DNA of 64,000 nucleotides from a virus (lineage: Duplodnaviria > Caudoviricetes). The stretch covers positions 64,001 through 128,000 of IMG/VR virus record IMGVR_UViG_3300023170_004399; one strand, written 5' to 3'. The notes below the pieces were generated by a model. It worked only from the letters and a program-made list of their open reading frames with translations, was not told where the DNA came from and did no database searches. Positions within the stretch are counted from its first letter, which is position 1. Each line of letters opens with the position of its first letter. Shown piece by piece: positions 7,691-16,667 of the stretch. A program made the translations under genes and the position numbers.

Positions 7691-8989
7691 ATGACAAGAA
7701 AAACTTTTATATTAGATACATCAGTAATGTTGTATGACAAGCAATCAATCCACGCTTTTATTGGGAACAATATTGTTTTGCCATTAGTTGTTTTAGAAGA
7801 GTTAGATAAGTTTAAAGACAGAAGAGGCCTAGTTGGTGATAATGCTAGATATGTAAATAGATTTTTAGATCAAATGAGACATGCACCCAAAAATGGCACA
7901 GGATGGAAGATAGATGAAGTGCATGATATTTGGTTTAAGTTTGAAACAGACCCAAAAATACATGATCAAGTACCTGAAGGTTTTGACTATGGTTATAATG
8001 ACAATGTTATAATTGGTTGTGCTTTGTTTCTAAAACTGCATAGTGCAACCAATGATGTTATAAGAGTTATCACTAAAGATATTAATCTTCGTGTAAAATG
8101 CGATGCCGTAGGTGTTGATGTTGCTGATTACGTAAAAGATAGAATTTCAACTGACGTCGATACATTTAAAGGCTTTAATAGCATAGACTTGACATGTGAG
8201 CAAATAGATCAGTTTTATAAACAAGGTCATATTGAAACAGAACACAAGCTAAACGAAAACCATTTTGTCGTTGGCACATCATCTCAAAACTCAATGTTAG
8301 GCATATATAAAAAAGGCCAAGTAAATAGATTAAAATACAAAATGGATTCTTTAATACAAGTTGAACCAAGAAATTCTGAACAAAGATTTGCTATAGAAGC
8401 CCTGCTTGATCCTCAAATACCACTAGTGACATTAACTGGGTTAGCTGGTTCTGGTAAAACATTTTTAGCATTGATGGCTGGTATGTTAGGCGTAAAAGAT
8501 GGAAAATCGGGTGATTATGAAAGATTGTTAGTTACGAGAACATTACAACCAGTAGGAAAAGATTTAGGTTATTTGCCTGGTTCTATGGATGAAAAAATGG
8601 CCCCATGGATGATGCCTATCTTAGATAACGTACGAGTTGCTTTTAAAGACACTAGTTTTTTTAAAATGCAGATGGCTTCTGGTGTTATTGAGGTTGCTCC
8701 TATTCCTTACATACGTGGTAGAACATTTAATAATAGTTTCATGATAGTAGATGAAGCACAGAACGCTACAATACATGAATTAAAGACTATCATCACACGG
8801 ATGGGTACAGGTTCTAAAATAGTATTACTGGGTGACATCGACCAAATCGACACACCATATATTGATCGACAAAGTTCTGGTTTGAGCATAGTTATAGATA
8901 AATTTCAAGATAGCACACTTGCCGCGCACGTTAATTTGTCAAAAGGGCAAAGGTCTGATTTGGCCAGTGTAGCTTCAACAATATTGTAG
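7691..8989 (+). CDS. phoH: PhoH family protein with N-terminal PIN domain
   Basis: PIN 'FILDTSVMLYD...VLEELDKFK...NDNVII...ITKDINLRVK'; PhoH Walker A 'GLAGSGKT', 'YLPG', 'RGRTF', 'DEAQN', 'GDIDQID'. Confidence 0.95.
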   Translation: MTRKTFILDTSVMLYDKQSIHAFIGNNIVLPLVVLEELDKFKDRRGLVGDNARYVNRFLDQMRHAPKNGTGWKIDEVHDIWFKFETDPKIHDQVPEGFDYGYNDNVIIGCALFLKLHSATNDVIRVITKDINLRVKCDAVGVDVADYVKDRISTDVDTFKGFNSIDLTCEQIDQFYKQGHIETEHKLNENHFVVGTSSQNSMLGIYKKGQVNRLKYKMDSLIQVEPRNSEQRFAIEALLDPQIPLVTLTGLAGSGKTFLALMAGMLGVKDGKSGDYERLLVTRTLQPVGKDLGYLPGSMDEKMAPWMMPILDNVRVAFKDTSFFKMQMASGVIEVAPIPYIRGRTFNNSFMIVDEAQNATIHELKTIITRMGTGSKIVLLGDIDQIDTPYIDRQSSGLSIVIDKFQDSTLAAHVNLSKGQRSDLASVASTIL

Positions 8990-8998
8990 AGATAGTAA

Positions 8999-9301
8999 AT
9001 GCCAATAAGATATGACAAAAACAGACACAGAAAAATATATCCAATTAATAGAAAAACACCCGTATATGTTGCAACTTCGACGGTCGCTGGTGTTCAAATA
9101 GAAACTGCAACAGTGTCTTTTTCTAGCAGCAGCAGTGAAACATATACTTTTACTGAGAGTTACAGCGCGGTACCAATAGTAACTGCAACAGCTGATAACA
9201 ACATTAATGTATATATTTCAGCTATAGATACTAGTACTGTCACAATATCAGTTTCTGAATCTTTTACTGGCAATGTTTATTTGCAAATAACCGCGAGTTA
9301 G
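8999..9301 (+). CDS. small beta-rich putative virion/fibre-associated protein
   Basis: Basic N-terminus followed by a Ser/Thr/Val-rich beta domain ending 'FTGNVYLQI'; sits just upstream of the fibre-like gene. Confidence 0.55.
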   Translation: MPIRYDKNRHRKIYPINRKTPVYVATSTVAGVQIETATVSFSSSSSETYTFTESYSAVPIVTATADNNINVYISAIDTSTVTISVSESFTGNVYLQITAS

Positions 9302-9305
9302 TAAT

Positions 9306-9503
9306 ATGGCAACAAAATCATCAATAACATCAGAAGGTAAAATTACCTTTACTAATTCAAACAGTGAAGCTTTACCGGTAAGCTTAGGCAGTAATACTTT
9401 AATTTTAACAGTGTACGGTGATAATGTAAATGTGTGGTATGAATCCGGGAATGTAAGAACATCAGAGCTATTTACTGGCGAAGTATACTACAGAGTAGTT
9501 TAG
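9306..9503 (+). CDS. small protein, likely paralog of the preceding gene
   Basis: 'DNVNVW...SELFTGEVYYRV' resembles 'NNINVY...SESFTGNVYLQI' of 8999-9301. Confidence 0.55.
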   Translation: MATKSSITSEGKITFTNSNSEALPVSLGSNTLILTVYGDNVNVWYESGNVRTSELFTGEVYYRVV

Positions 9504-9513
9504 GAGAACAAAG

Positions 9514-12090
9514 ATGAGTAATTTTAAGGCAAGTGGATTAAACGTTAGCGGAGATGCTAGTGTAACGGGGTCAATACATTTAATAGCTGCAGAAAGTAAT
9601 ACTACTTTATTAAATTTTGAAATGGACACTAACAACTATGATACAATATTGTATAGATGTGGCCAAGGTAATGGTTTTGGTTTTAATTTAGTATATTCAG
9701 GAAGCGGTAGTGGAAATAACAACACATTTGTAATTGAGGCTGATAATCAAGATTCTGATGGCCAAATAAATGCTTTAAAAATATTTCAAGATGGTGATGT
9801 ACAGTTTGCGCAAAAAATAATTGCTCAGGAGTATATACATTTCCGCGGACAGGAAGATGTTGCTTATCCTTTTATATATTCTGGCGCAAGTACCTTCTTG
9901 AATGTCGATGGTAATGACTATTTAAATTTACATGGTGACGTACGTGTTAGTACGCAGGGTAGATTTGTGCACAATCCCGGAGATATGGATTTTGATTTTT
10001 TAGTAAATACTGACGATGAAATAGGATTTTTTTTCATAGATGCGAATGATAATTCTATAATACTTGGCCATAAGGAGTTTACTGATGAATTAACAGCAAA
10101 TGCAGCTGCAGTCACCGGTTATGGTGCTGATGTAAATATAATGTTGTCTGGTTCCGCTGGCTCAAAGGATAGTGAAAATCGTGGTACCACGTTAATTTCT
10201 GGCGACCTTGTTGTTTCTGGCACTGTGTACAATGGCGATGGTGTATCGTTTACTGCAGGTGGCGATATTAGTAGCGTTGTTGCAGGTGCAGGTTTAACTG
10301 GTGGCGGACTAACTGGAGATGTGACTTTAAACGTTGGTGAGGGTGATGGAATAACAGTTGCAGCGAACGAAATTTCTGTTGATTTAACACCAGATTCAGG
10401 GCTACATGTTGATAGTTCCGGATTAACAATTGACAATTCAGTTGTTGCTACTTTGACCGGTTCACAATTTAGCGGAAATGTTGGTATCACTGGCTCTTTA
10501 AGCATTGGTAATGATGTGCTTATCGATAATAATAACAGAATATACTTTAACGGCACTGCAACAAATCAATACATATATGGTGCCGGTACTAGCATGTATA
10601 TTGATGGTGACAACGTTGTTAGTTTAAGTGCTGATGTAAATATAAACTTAAATGCCGGTGCCAGTAGTATTAATTTTGTGACTATTGGAAGTAGTAAAAC
10701 CGAATTTAATACATCTCTGCAGCCTTATAATTTTGAAGTTAATACAGATACTTCTTTTGCTACTCTTTTTGTTGATGGTACTGATGAGACGGTAATTTTA
10801 GGTCATGAAAGCTTTGATGCATCTCCTGCAGCATCAGAAGTCGATGGCTATGGAGACGATGTAAAAATTATGTTGTCAGGTTCAGCGGGTTCCAAAGATA
10901 CCTCAACAAGGGGAGTTGTCCTTGTTCCGGGTGATTTTGTTGTTTCTGGTACTATATATGATGGCACTGGTGCTAGTTATTCTACTGGTGGAGGTGGGGG
11001 ATCTGGTGACATTACTTCTGTTGTTGCAGGTACAGGTTTAACTGGTGGTGGTTTAACTGGCGATGTAACTTTAAACGTTGATGATTCTGTTGTTGCCACT
11101 TTGACCGGTTCACAATTTAGTGGAAATGTTGGAATTGCAGGGTCACTAGAAGTTGAAGGTGATCTTAGTTTAGTAGCTAATTCTAGATTAAGATTAAACA
11201 ACCCCGGGGAAAATGATCAATATATTTATGGTAACAATTCTACTTTAAATATTGATGGAGATAACATAGTTACATTAAGCGCTGATAATAATATAAACTT
11301 AAATGCCGGTGCCAGTAGTATTAATTTTGTGACTATTGGAAGTAGTAAAACCGAATTTAATACATCTCTACAACCTTACAATTTTGAAGTTAATACAGAT
11401 AATTACTTTGCTACTCTTTTTGTTGATGGTACTGATGAGACAGTAATTTTAGGTCATGAGGGTTTTGATAGTTCTCCTGCAGCATCAGAAGTCGAAGGTT
11501 ATGGAGATGATGTAAAAATTATGTTGTCAGGTACTGTTGGTTCAAAAGATAGTACTGACAGAGGCGTTGTATTAGTATCAGGCGATTTAGTCGTATCTGG
11601 TACTATATATGATAGCGCAGGCTTTGGCGCCTCTAAATTTTTAGAAAGAGGTGCTTGTCAGATATCTAGTGCCACTTCAAACAATGATAGACTTTACCTT
11701 CCAGAAGATAGTTTAACTGAAAGTACAAGTATTAGTTATTATCATTCATTTGTTGCTCCTGGGTCAGGGAGCATTGAAAAATTAATAATTAGATCATGGG
11801 GATCCGCTGCAGCAACAAACTTAGCTGCAGTTGGTGCACTTACGGGATCTGTTCACATAGGTAATGCTGGCACTGATGCTGCACTCATTGAAACTGGGTA
11901 TGATTCTATAGAAGAAGTTATTGTTGAAGATGCAGATGTTACCGGAGACACAAATGTTATTTTTAATTTTGTTGAATCTGATTTTGGCCCCGGAGATGTT
12001 TTTGCCATTGGGCTTAAACCAGACAACCTTTGGAACACCGGTGGAACAATAAGTTTATCTTTTACAATTGTTGGTTCATTAAAACAATAA
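9514..12090 (+). CDS. repeat-containing tail fibre / virion structural protein
   Basis: Gly/Ser/Thr-rich, with three copies of an 'F.VNTD...LGH..F...GYG.DV.IMLSG..GSKD...RG..L..GD.VVSGT.Y' module, and modules shared with the 46-59 kb fibre genes; AGGAG RBS. Confidence 0.75.
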   Translation: MSNFKASGLNVSGDASVTGSIHLIAAESNTTLLNFEMDTNNYDTILYRCGQGNGFGFNLVYSGSGSGNNNTFVIEADNQDSDGQINALKIFQDGDVQFAQKIIAQEYIHFRGQEDVAYPFIYSGASTFLNVDGNDYLNLHGDVRVSTQGRFVHNPGDMDFDFLVNTDDEIGFFFIDANDNSIILGHKEFTDELTANAAAVTGYGADVNIMLSGSAGSKDSENRGTTLISGDLVVSGTVYNGDGVSFTAGGDISSVVAGAGLTGGGLTGDVTLNVGEGDGITVAANEISVDLTPDSGLHVDSSGLTIDNSVVATLTGSQFSGNVGITGSLSIGNDVLIDNNNRIYFNGTATNQYIYGAGTSMYIDGDNVVSLSADVNINLNAGASSINFVTIGSSKTEFNTSLQPYNFEVNTDTSFATLFVDGTDETVILGHESFDASPAASEVDGYGDDVKIMLSGSAGSKDTSTRGVVLVPGDFVVSGTIYDGTGASYSTGGGGGSGDITSVVAGTGLTGGGLTGDVTLNVDDSVVATLTGSQFSGNVGIAGSLEVEGDLSLVANSRLRLNNPGENDQYIYGNNSTLNIDGDNIVTLSADNNINLNAGASSINFVTIGSSKTEFNTSLQPYNFEVNTDNYFATLFVDGTDETVILGHEGFDSSPAASEVEGYGDDVKIMLSGTVGSKDSTDRGVVLVSGDLVVSGTIYDSAGFGASKFLERGACQISSATSNNDRLYLPEDSLTESTSISYYHSFVAPGSGSIEKLIIRSWGSAAATNLAAVGALTGSVHIGNAGTDAALIETGYDSIEEVIVEDADVTGDTNVIFNFVESDFGPGDVFAIGLKPDNLWNTGGTISLSFTIVGSLKQ
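10430..11610 (+). repeat. intragenic tandem duplication, period 651 nt (217 aa)
   Basis: Bases 10639-10718 are identical to 11290-11369 (80 nt), and the flanking sequence is highly similar at the same 651-nt offset. Confidence 0.9.
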
Positions 12091-12157
12091 TTGACATTTT
12101 TATTTTACATCCTGAGATATGAGACATAATTCCTTTATGTAGAAATAAGGGGGTAAA

Positions 12158-14086
12158 ATGTTTACTAGTAACATGTTTCAACAAGACAAGTTAATTGAAA
12201 GGGATATTGATTTAGTTTTTGTTGCTGATTTATTTGTTGAGGATTATATAGGTGGAGCTGAGTTAACTACGCAAGCCTTAATAGATAGTGCTGAAACTCA
12301 TGGGATAAAAGTGCAAAAAATACATTCTCATGAGGTTACATTAAAAACTCTAGAATCCGGCTCGAACAAATTTTGGGTTTTTGGCAATTTTTCTAATTTC
12401 AACCAACAATTAATCCCTACAGTCGTTGGTAATATTAATTATTCTTTGTTAGAATATGATTATAAATTTTGTAAATATAGATCAGTAGAAAAGCATGCTG
12501 ACGCAGAAGGTGTAGATTGCAATTGTAGTAATGAACAACAAGGCAAATTGATATCTGCTTTTTTTCATGGTGCAAGAACTGTTTTTTATATGAGTGAAAA
12601 ACAAAAAGATTTGTATTTCCAAAAATTCCCATTTTTTGAAAAAGACGAAGGAGCTAAACATTTAGTACTATCTTCAGTGTTTGATGACAATTTTTTTGCA
12701 ACAGTTAAAAAATTAAATGAAAAACACAAAGGGAAGAAAAGAAGTGGGTGGCTTGTATTAGGTTCATCTAGTTGGATAAAAGGTACTGATGATGCTATTA
12801 AGTGGTGCAATGATAATAATAAAGATTTTAAGGTTTTACAAGGTTTGCCAGTTGACGTTGTATTAGAAGAAATGGCGACTGCGGAAGGTATTGTTTACTT
12901 ACCAAAAGGTAATGATACTTGCCCTAGAATTATTATTGAAGCACAAATGTTAGGCTGTGAGCTTGTAATGAATGATAAGGTTCAACATGCTACTGAATTT
13001 CCTTTTAAAGATGGAAGCTATGAAGATTTAGAAGTATATCTTTACACTAGAAGAGAGTTTTTCTGGGAAACAATAAAGGGTGACATGAATTGGCAACCAA
13101 AAATCTCTGGATACACTACAACATACAATTGTATCGAAGGTGGCTATCCATTTGAGGAATGTATAAAGTCTCTAGTAGGTTTTTGCACAGAAATAGTTGT
13201 AATGGATGGTGGATCAAATGATGGAACATTTGAAAAATTAGTTGAAATGCAATCTATAGAACCTAAAATTAGGATATTCCAACATAAAGTAGACTATAAT
13301 CATCCTAGATTTGCTGTGCAAGATGGTTTGCAAAAAGCGAGAGCTAGAGAAAAATGCACTCAAGCTTTTTGTTGGCAAATAGATAGTGATGAGATTGTGC
13401 ATGAAGATCATCATGTTTCTATATTCAAACTTTGTCGACAATTTCCAAAAATGATTGATTTAATAGCACTTCCAGTTATAGAATACTGGGGGTCAGATGA
13501 AAAAGTAAGAATAGATGTTAATCCTTGGAAATGGAGGCTTTCTAGAAATAAGCCAAACATTACACACGGTATACCAGCCGAGCTGCGCAGATTTGATGAT
13601 AATGGTGACCTATATTCTGCACCTGGCACTGATGGTTGTGATTATATCGATAAAGAAACTTACCAAAGAATTCCACATGCATCATTTTATACAGAGCAAG
13701 TGCATCAAGTAAGAATGGCAGCTTTAGGTGGCAATAAAGATTTACAAGAAAATTATGAAAAGTGGTTTAATCAGTTAGTTAAAAACATGCCGGGTGTATT
13801 TCATTACTCGTGGTTTGATTTAGAAAGAAAAATAAAAACATATAAAACTTATTGGTCAAAACATTGGCAAAGTATGTATAATATAACGCAAGAAGACACA
13901 GTTGAAAATAACATGTTTTTTGATAAAAAGTGGGAAGATGTTACTGATCAAGATATTAAAGAAATGGCAGCTAAATTAAAAGATGAAATGGGCGGATGGG
14001 TTTTTCATCAAAAAATAGATTTTAATCGTAAAACTCCGCACTTACATGTAGAATTAAAACAACCTAAATGGATGATAGATGGATAA
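12158..14086 (+). CDS. bifunctional glycosyltransferase (N-terminal GT-B/GT4-like plus C-terminal GT-A/GT2)
   Basis: N-half 'GGAELT' and 'DTCPRIIIEAQMLGC' (GT4-type E-x7-E position); C-half 'TTTYNCIEGGYPFEECIKSL', 'VMDGGSNDGT', DxD motif 'QIDSDE'. Confidence 0.8.
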   Translation: MFTSNMFQQDKLIERDIDLVFVADLFVEDYIGGAELTTQALIDSAETHGIKVQKIHSHEVTLKTLESGSNKFWVFGNFSNFNQQLIPTVVGNINYSLLEYDYKFCKYRSVEKHADAEGVDCNCSNEQQGKLISAFFHGARTVFYMSEKQKDLYFQKFPFFEKDEGAKHLVLSSVFDDNFFATVKKLNEKHKGKKRSGWLVLGSSSWIKGTDDAIKWCNDNNKDFKVLQGLPVDVVLEEMATAEGIVYLPKGNDTCPRIIIEAQMLGCELVMNDKVQHATEFPFKDGSYEDLEVYLYTRREFFWETIKGDMNWQPKISGYTTTYNCIEGGYPFEECIKSLVGFCTEIVVMDGGSNDGTFEKLVEMQSIEPKIRIFQHKVDYNHPRFAVQDGLQKARAREKCTQAFCWQIDSDEIVHEDHHVSIFKLCRQFPKMIDLIALPVIEYWGSDEKVRIDVNPWKWRLSRNKPNITHGIPAELRRFDDNGDLYSAPGTDGCDYIDKETYQRIPHASFYTEQVHQVRMAALGGNKDLQENYEKWFNQLVKNMPGVFHYSWFDLERKIKTYKTYWSKHWQSMYNITQEDTVENNMFFDKKWEDVTDQDIKEMAAKLKDEMGGWVFHQKIDFNRKTPHLHVELKQPKWMIDG

Positions 14087-14828
14087 CGTAAAAATATGTG
14101 TTGCTATTTGTAATTACAATCATTTGAAATATTTGGCTGATTCTATAAAATCAATACAAAATCAAACACATAAAAACTTAGATATATGTGTAATTGATGA
14201 CTGTTCTGAAAATCAAAAAGAAGTTAAGTTACTAGTAGAATCTTTTATGATGTCAGATGAACGTATTAGATTAATATTACACAGCGAGAATAAAGGTAAG
14301 TGGCACTGTTTAAATGAAGCATATAGGACGACTGATGCACAAGTGTGTACTTCTAATGATGCGGATGATGTTTCACTTAAAGAAAGATTAGAAGTACAAC
14401 TAAAATGCATGATAGCCACAAAGACTATACACAACTTATGTACGCATTTAGATTTTTTTGATGATGATGAGTTAAAAATGTATAATGAAAATTATGAATT
14501 TAAGCATGAAAAAATAGAAGTTATACAACCTGAAGTTGTAAAAAATCTAGTTTTACAAGGTTATCAGATAAAATATAAAATGGGGTTAGGTTTAAATCAC
14601 TATTTTGTTGGTAAATATCAAACGACCGGTGCTTCTGCTATGTTTGATAGAGAAATATGGTTGCAAGGCATTAGATTTAACCCACCAGAGCAGGATCTAA
14701 GAGTATTGGTAAGCGAAGATTCTGATTTTAATTTTAGATGCACAGCACTTCTGGGAAAGACTTCTGTCGTAAATTTACCCCTTTATTTATATCGCAGAAA
14801 CACTAGCACTAACGAGGAAAAAATATAA
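14079..14828 (+). CDS. glycosyltransferase family 2
   Basis: 'ICNYNHLKYLADSIKSIQNQT', 'VIDDCS', 'NKGKWHCLN', 'NDADD'. Confidence 0.9.
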   Translation: MDNVKICVAICNYNHLKYLADSIKSIQNQTHKNLDICVIDDCSENQKEVKLLVESFMMSDERIRLILHSENKGKWHCLNEAYRTTDAQVCTSNDADDVSLKERLEVQLKCMIATKTIHNLCTHLDFFDDDELKMYNENYEFKHEKIEVIQPEVVKNLVLQGYQIKYKMGLGLNHYFVGKYQTTGASAMFDREIWLQGIRFNPPEQDLRVLVSEDSDFNFRCTALLGKTSVVNLPLYLYRRNTSTNEEKI

Positions 14829-15580
14829 TGAGCGTTAAGATGAAAATAGTTGTTCCTACTTATAATACGGAACATTGGATACAAAGGTGCATTCGTAGTA
14901 TTGCTGCACAGTCTTATAAGAATTTTGAATGTGTGATAATAAACGACTGTTCAACTGATAATACAGGGCACATGATTGATCAGTGTAAAGAAATACAAGG
15001 TGATCCAAGATTTAAAATTGTTCACAATAAAGAAAATGTTAAGGCATTAAAAAATATTGTTGACGGTTTCAACATGTTAAATGCAAAGGAAGAACCTGAA
15101 TCTGTGCTAATGGCTATTGATGGTGATGATTTTTTATACAGTTCAGAGTCTCTTACAGTAGTTGCCCAGTATTATGCGCAACTAAAACCTCTTTTGACTT
15201 ATGGAAATTGGGTTGGGTGGCCGCATGGTACTCATTCTAATAATCGACCTATACCGGATCATGTGCACAATAGGAGAAATTACAGAGATTTGCCTTTTGC
15301 TTTTTCACATTTGCGCACTTTTAAAAGTAAGCTTTGGTACAACATTAAAGATGAAGATTTAAGAGGTCAAGATGGCAAGTATTTTGAATCTGGTTGGGAC
15401 GTTGCTTTTATGTTACCAATGATAGAAATGGCAGGCAAAAGAACTGTTATGATCCCAAATGTTCTATATTGTTATAACATGGTTAATCCTATAAGTGATT
15501 GTAAAATTAGGGGACAACAGCAGATTAGCATTGATAACTATATAAGGACAAAAAAACAGTACAATTTGTTAGGGGGTTAA
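14828..15580 (+). CDS. glycosyltransferase family 2
   Basis: 'VVPTYNTEHWIQRCIRSI', 'INDCSTD', 'IDGDD'. Confidence 0.9.
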   Translation: MSVKMKIVVPTYNTEHWIQRCIRSIAAQSYKNFECVIINDCSTDNTGHMIDQCKEIQGDPRFKIVHNKENVKALKNIVDGFNMLNAKEEPESVLMAIDGDDFLYSSESLTVVAQYYAQLKPLLTYGNWVGWPHGTHSNNRPIPDHVHNRRNYRDLPFAFSHLRTFKSKLWYNIKDEDLRGQDGKYFESGWDVAFMLPMIEMAGKRTVMIPNVLYCYNMVNPISDCKIRGQQQISIDNYIRTKKQYNLLGG

Positions 15581-15581
15581 G

Positions 15582-16664
15582 ATGAATAACGCATACACAG
15601 AGTGGAATAATATTACTAGTCAATTATTTGATTCTTATATTTTAAAATATGAACTTCAAGAAATTATATATACTAACAACTATGTTTTATATGATGCTGA
15701 TAATATTAAAATTGACAGTATTAATAATAAATTTGCAAACGTTGCTGATATATGTGTAATTGTACCTTTTTTTGGTCGTTTCCAACATGTTGTCAACACA
15801 TGTCAATCAATAATAGATGCTGCTGCAAAAACTAAATTAAATATTGAGCTAGTACTAATAGAAAAAGCTGATACCCAAGAAGATTTAAAAGCACATAATT
15901 TTTTTGCTTATTCAAGATTTAACATGATGCCAAAAAATTTACAATTTTTCTGTATACAAAAAGTGCATGCAAACTATAAATCAAAAGGTTTGTTAATGAA
16001 TTTGGGCGCACTACTTCGGCCGAATGCAAAATATTATTTAGTACACGATAGTGATATCATTGTTCAGTCTAGTTTTTTTAACAAAATACAAAAAAATATT
16101 GAACGTAGAGGTGAAGTAAATTTTATGCAACCTTATAGTAATAATAGAATATTGTTGACTACTCCGATGTTAGCGGAAATGTACTTTACAAATATTATAA
16201 GTAATGATGATTTAAATGAAAAAATGCCTGGTGTTTTTGTAAATAAAAACTGGTATCAAAAACAATATTCTTATGGTGGTTCCGTGCTAATTTCAAATAA
16301 AGCATATTACGGTGTTGGTGGGTTTGATGATCAAATTTTCTGGACTTGGGGTGCTGAAGATATAATGTTTTGGACAAAACTAATAGATAAATATGGCCAA
16401 CCAATATATGCTGATTATGACATAAACATGTTTCACATTTATCATCCACCATCAATTAATGAACAAACTTCACAGGGTGATTTTTTAAATAAAATGTTTA
16501 CTTTGTCAGAAAAAATGTGGAACATGTATCAAAATATTGATCTTAACTCTAGGCTAAATTATATTAATAAAAAATCAAAATTTTTATCTAAATATAAAAA
16601 CTTAGACATTGACATAAAAGATGCTATTTTTAAATTTAAAAAAATTAGCAGCAGGAGATTATAG
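15582..16664 (+). CDS. GT-A glycosyltransferase with galactosyltransferase (GT7C-like) C-terminal motif
   Basis: 'IVPFFGRFQH', 'KGLLMNLGA', 'VHDSD', 'GGFDDQIFWTWGAED', 'FHIYHP'. Confidence 0.8.
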   Translation: MNNAYTEWNNITSQLFDSYILKYELQEIIYTNNYVLYDADNIKIDSINNKFANVADICVIVPFFGRFQHVVNTCQSIIDAAAKTKLNIELVLIEKADTQEDLKAHNFFAYSRFNMMPKNLQFFCIQKVHANYKSKGLLMNLGALLRPNAKYYLVHDSDIIVQSSFFNKIQKNIERRGEVNFMQPYSNNRILLTTPMLAEMYFTNIISNDDLNEKMPGVFVNKNWYQKQYSYGGSVLISNKAYYGVGGFDDQIFWTWGAEDIMFWTKLIDKYGQPIYADYDINMFHIYHPPSINEQTSQGDFLNKMFTLSEKMWNMYQNIDLNSRLNYINKKSKFLSKYKNLDIDIKDAIFKFKKISSRRL

Positions 16665-16667
16665 ATC

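Noticed and set aside
12091-12130. TTGACA directly after the stop of the fibre gene, suggesting a sigma-70 promoter for the glycan island
   Set aside because: No acceptable -10 hexamer at 16-18 nt spacing (CATAAT is 28 nt away), so it is not called as a feature.
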